From a virus, in the IMG/VR virus record IMGVR_UViG_3300037501_000212: a stretch of 64,000 nucleotides of DNA, one strand, 5' to 3'. How positions within the stretch are numbered: the stretch's first letter is position 1; each line of letters opens with the position of its first letter. Shown in pieces: positions 62,568 to 64,000 of this stretch. The position numbers and the translations under genes were made by a program. The notes under the pieces were generated by a model that worked only from the letters and a program-made list of their open reading frames with translations, searched no databases and had not been told where the DNA came from.

Positions 62568-62857
62568 GATGGCTCTCCAAGCACCTTGCCATCTATGATG
62601 ATCTGCTGTCTGCTGATGCTTGGCCCAACAGCATTGACTGCAGCTGCTATCATTCCTTGCAGTTGCTTCAAATTTCTGCTTGCAAGCAATATTGCGCAGC
62701 TGAATATTCCAGCACCACAGTACGGACAGTTGCTAAGTATTGGCTTAGTTGCATCGACATCGTAAGCAGCCATTGAAACGATCATGACTTTGCGGCATGC
62801 AGGACAAACAAACTTGGCTCTCTTGTCTTGCTCATCTTTTAGCAGTTCGATTCCCAT
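62564..62857 (-). CDS. zinc-ribbon protein
   Basis: CPACRK...CPYCG. Confidence 0.45.
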   Translation of the reverse strand: MGIELLKDEQDKRAKFVCPACRKVMIVSMAAYDVDATKPILSNCPYCGAGIFSCAILLASRNLKQLQGMIAAAVNAVGPSISRQQIIIDGKVLGEPS

Positions 62858-63122
62858 ATACAGGCTCCTTTGCTCTTTCGTTGTTCTTGTTTGCAGCAGC
62901 TACACTGGTGCTTGTGGACTTCTTCCAATTGCTGGCAAACTTTGCATAGTGCTGCTTGCCACATTCTGGGCAAAGCTGCTTTCTGCGCAGTTTGTCAAAG
63001 CTGTCGTAGATTGGATTTTCTTTGGCAAACTTCATACGATCTTCAAACCACTTGGGGTGGCCAAGGCTGATGTAGAAGCTGCCATTGCATTGCTTGCACT
63101 TTCCAGAAATGATTGCACTCAT
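62832..63122 (-). CDS. zinc-ribbon protein
   Basis: CKQCNG...CPECGK. Confidence 0.45.
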   Translation of the reverse strand: MSAIISGKCKQCNGSFYISLGHPKWFEDRMKFAKENPIYDSFDKLRRKQLCPECGKQHYAKFASNWKKSTSTSVAAANKNNERAKEPVYGNRTAKR

Positions 63123-63763
63123 AGCTCTATCCCATGCTTTTTTGGTTTGCTGTCTTCTTCGACATTGTCGGTTGAACTGCTGCTTTTGTTGGAGCCTGAT
63201 GATGCTGCCGAAGATGTGAATCTTGTTGTTCTTGAAACTCTTACCTTGACAGATTCTGCAATCTTTGCCAACCTCTTAAGCTCATCAAGCTCAGCAAGTG
63301 TTATTGTCTTGACAGAAAAGCCTTCTGGAGCCAAACCATCTTTTGGAGCAGGCTTTAGGTCTTCGTATATTGGTATGCGATATTGCTCTCTTGGTATAAA
63401 GCTGGTGGAGTTGCCAGTTGTCATTGATCTACCACCAGTGGATATGCTAGATTTGATTCCCACCATCTTGCGCAGAAATGTTTCTCTTAAAGCCAGCTCT
63501 TCCCTTGCTCTCTTTGCATACAGCAGCTTTTCTTGGTCTTTGCTTCCAGAGAGATTTGATGCAATCCATCGCAGGAATCTCTCGTCTATGCAGCCAAATC
63601 GCTTGTCTTTGTAATCAGGTGGGCCATATGGCCAAATGGTGTAGCTGCAGGCTCGTCTATCAGGTGGGACATCCTTCAAGCGCTCCTTTATGGCTTCCGT
63701 GGCTTTCTTGTCCTCAGCCAACCTTCGGAGCATTTGCTTTGCTGGATCTTCGTACATAGGCAT
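63119..63763 (-). CDS. protein with a DUF3820-like motif
   Basis: IWPYGPPDYKDKRFGCIDERFLRWIASN resembles the DUF3820 pattern (PFGKYKGK.L.ElP..YL.W), from memory. Confidence 0.4.
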   Translation of the reverse strand: MPMYEDPAKQMLRRLAEDKKATEAIKERLKDVPPDRRACSYTIWPYGPPDYKDKRFGCIDERFLRWIASNLSGSKDQEKLLYAKRAREELALRETFLRKMVGIKSSISTGGRSMTTGNSTSFIPREQYRIPIYEDLKPAPKDGLAPEGFSVKTITLAELDELKRLAKIAESVKVRVSRTTRFTSSAASSGSNKSSSSTDNVEEDSKPKKHGIEL

Positions 63764-63795
63764 GTCTTAAAGCCTTGATGGCAATGGTGTGCTGC

Positions 63796-63999
63796 TCATT
63801 CTGGATCGTCCTCAAAATGGCAGTTGTATTTCTCACGATGTTGCCATTCCTTGTCAGCTGACTCGCACAAGAACTTTTCTCTGCAGTTTTCTGCAACCCA
63901 TTTGACAAAGCTGCTTGGAAGCTCTCCCAGCATCTTGCCTTTGAACTTTATTGGCTTGTATGGCCATATTACGATGCCATGATCTTCCATCAGTTTCAC
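63796..63999 (-). CDS. small protein with a DUF3820-like motif (may extend beyond the window)
   Basis: IWPYKPIKFKGKMLGELPSSFVKWVAEN. The ORF reaches the window edge. Confidence 0.4.
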   Translation of the reverse strand: MKLMEDHGIVIWPYKPIKFKGKMLGELPSSFVKWVAENCREKFLCESADKEWQHREKYNCHFEDDPE

Positions 64000-64000
64000 C

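Noticed and set aside
1-64000. Genome-wide TGA recoding (code 4/25), considered because of the two in-frame TGAs
   Set aside because: Many well-defined genes end at TGA at their expected domain boundaries and use ATGA start/stop overlaps (14275, 43578, 47901, 4624, 62346). TGA is therefore a functional stop here. At most, local readthrough remains possible.
1-64000. Prophage boundaries, integrase, tRNA genes and host flanks
   Set aside because: I found no tyrosine or serine recombinase motifs, no tRNA-like cloverleaf candidates in the intergenic gaps, and no host-type genes. The window appears to be entirely phage DNA.

Overview
The window reads as most of a tailed-phage (siphovirus-like) genome or a prophage interior. 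I found no rRNA, tRNA, CRISPR array, integrase or host housekeeping genes. All family names below are motif recognition from memory, since no searches were run.

There are three blocks:
- (i) 305-11725, minus strand: replication and early genes. These include a primase, an SNF2 helicase, a DnaB-like helicase, a structured AT-rich putative origin at about 7851-8229, a secreted dihaem cytochrome c, a DUF4326 protein and a possible DNA glycosylase.
- (ii) 11846-57915, plus strand: packaging, head, tail, fibre and lysis genes. These include terS, a caspase-fold protease, terL, portal, a MuF-type minor head protein fused to an HExxH domain, scaffold and major capsid. They continue with neck proteins, tail tube, a G/GT chaperone with a T_TTT_TTC -1 slippery site, tape measure, and GTA/lambda-like tip proteins including an NlpC/P60 peptidase and a J-like protein.
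- (iii) 58015-64000, minus strand: recombination genes. An Mre11/SbcD-like phosphoesterase lies between the two halves of a split Rad50/SbcC-like ATPase.

The stand-out signal is in block (ii). At least eight virion-module proteins carry in-frame, almost pure poly-serine tracts. By hand count this is about 1,000 codons, including one tract of about 523 codons at 54152-55720. The same late block encodes ADP-heptose synthesis genes (hldC and hldA wedged between terL and portal). It also holds a ~15-kb sugar-modification island embedded between the tail-tip and fibre genes. The island contains a fused GT9-heptosyltransferase-like/methyltransferase-like/GT4 enzyme, four more methyltransferases, a DegT aminotransferase, a UXS-like SDR, a radical SAM enzyme and candidate novel GTs.

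My working hypothesis, which is inference only, is a phage-encoded system that densely O-glycosylates (heptosylates) poly-Ser 'brushes' over the whole virion surface.
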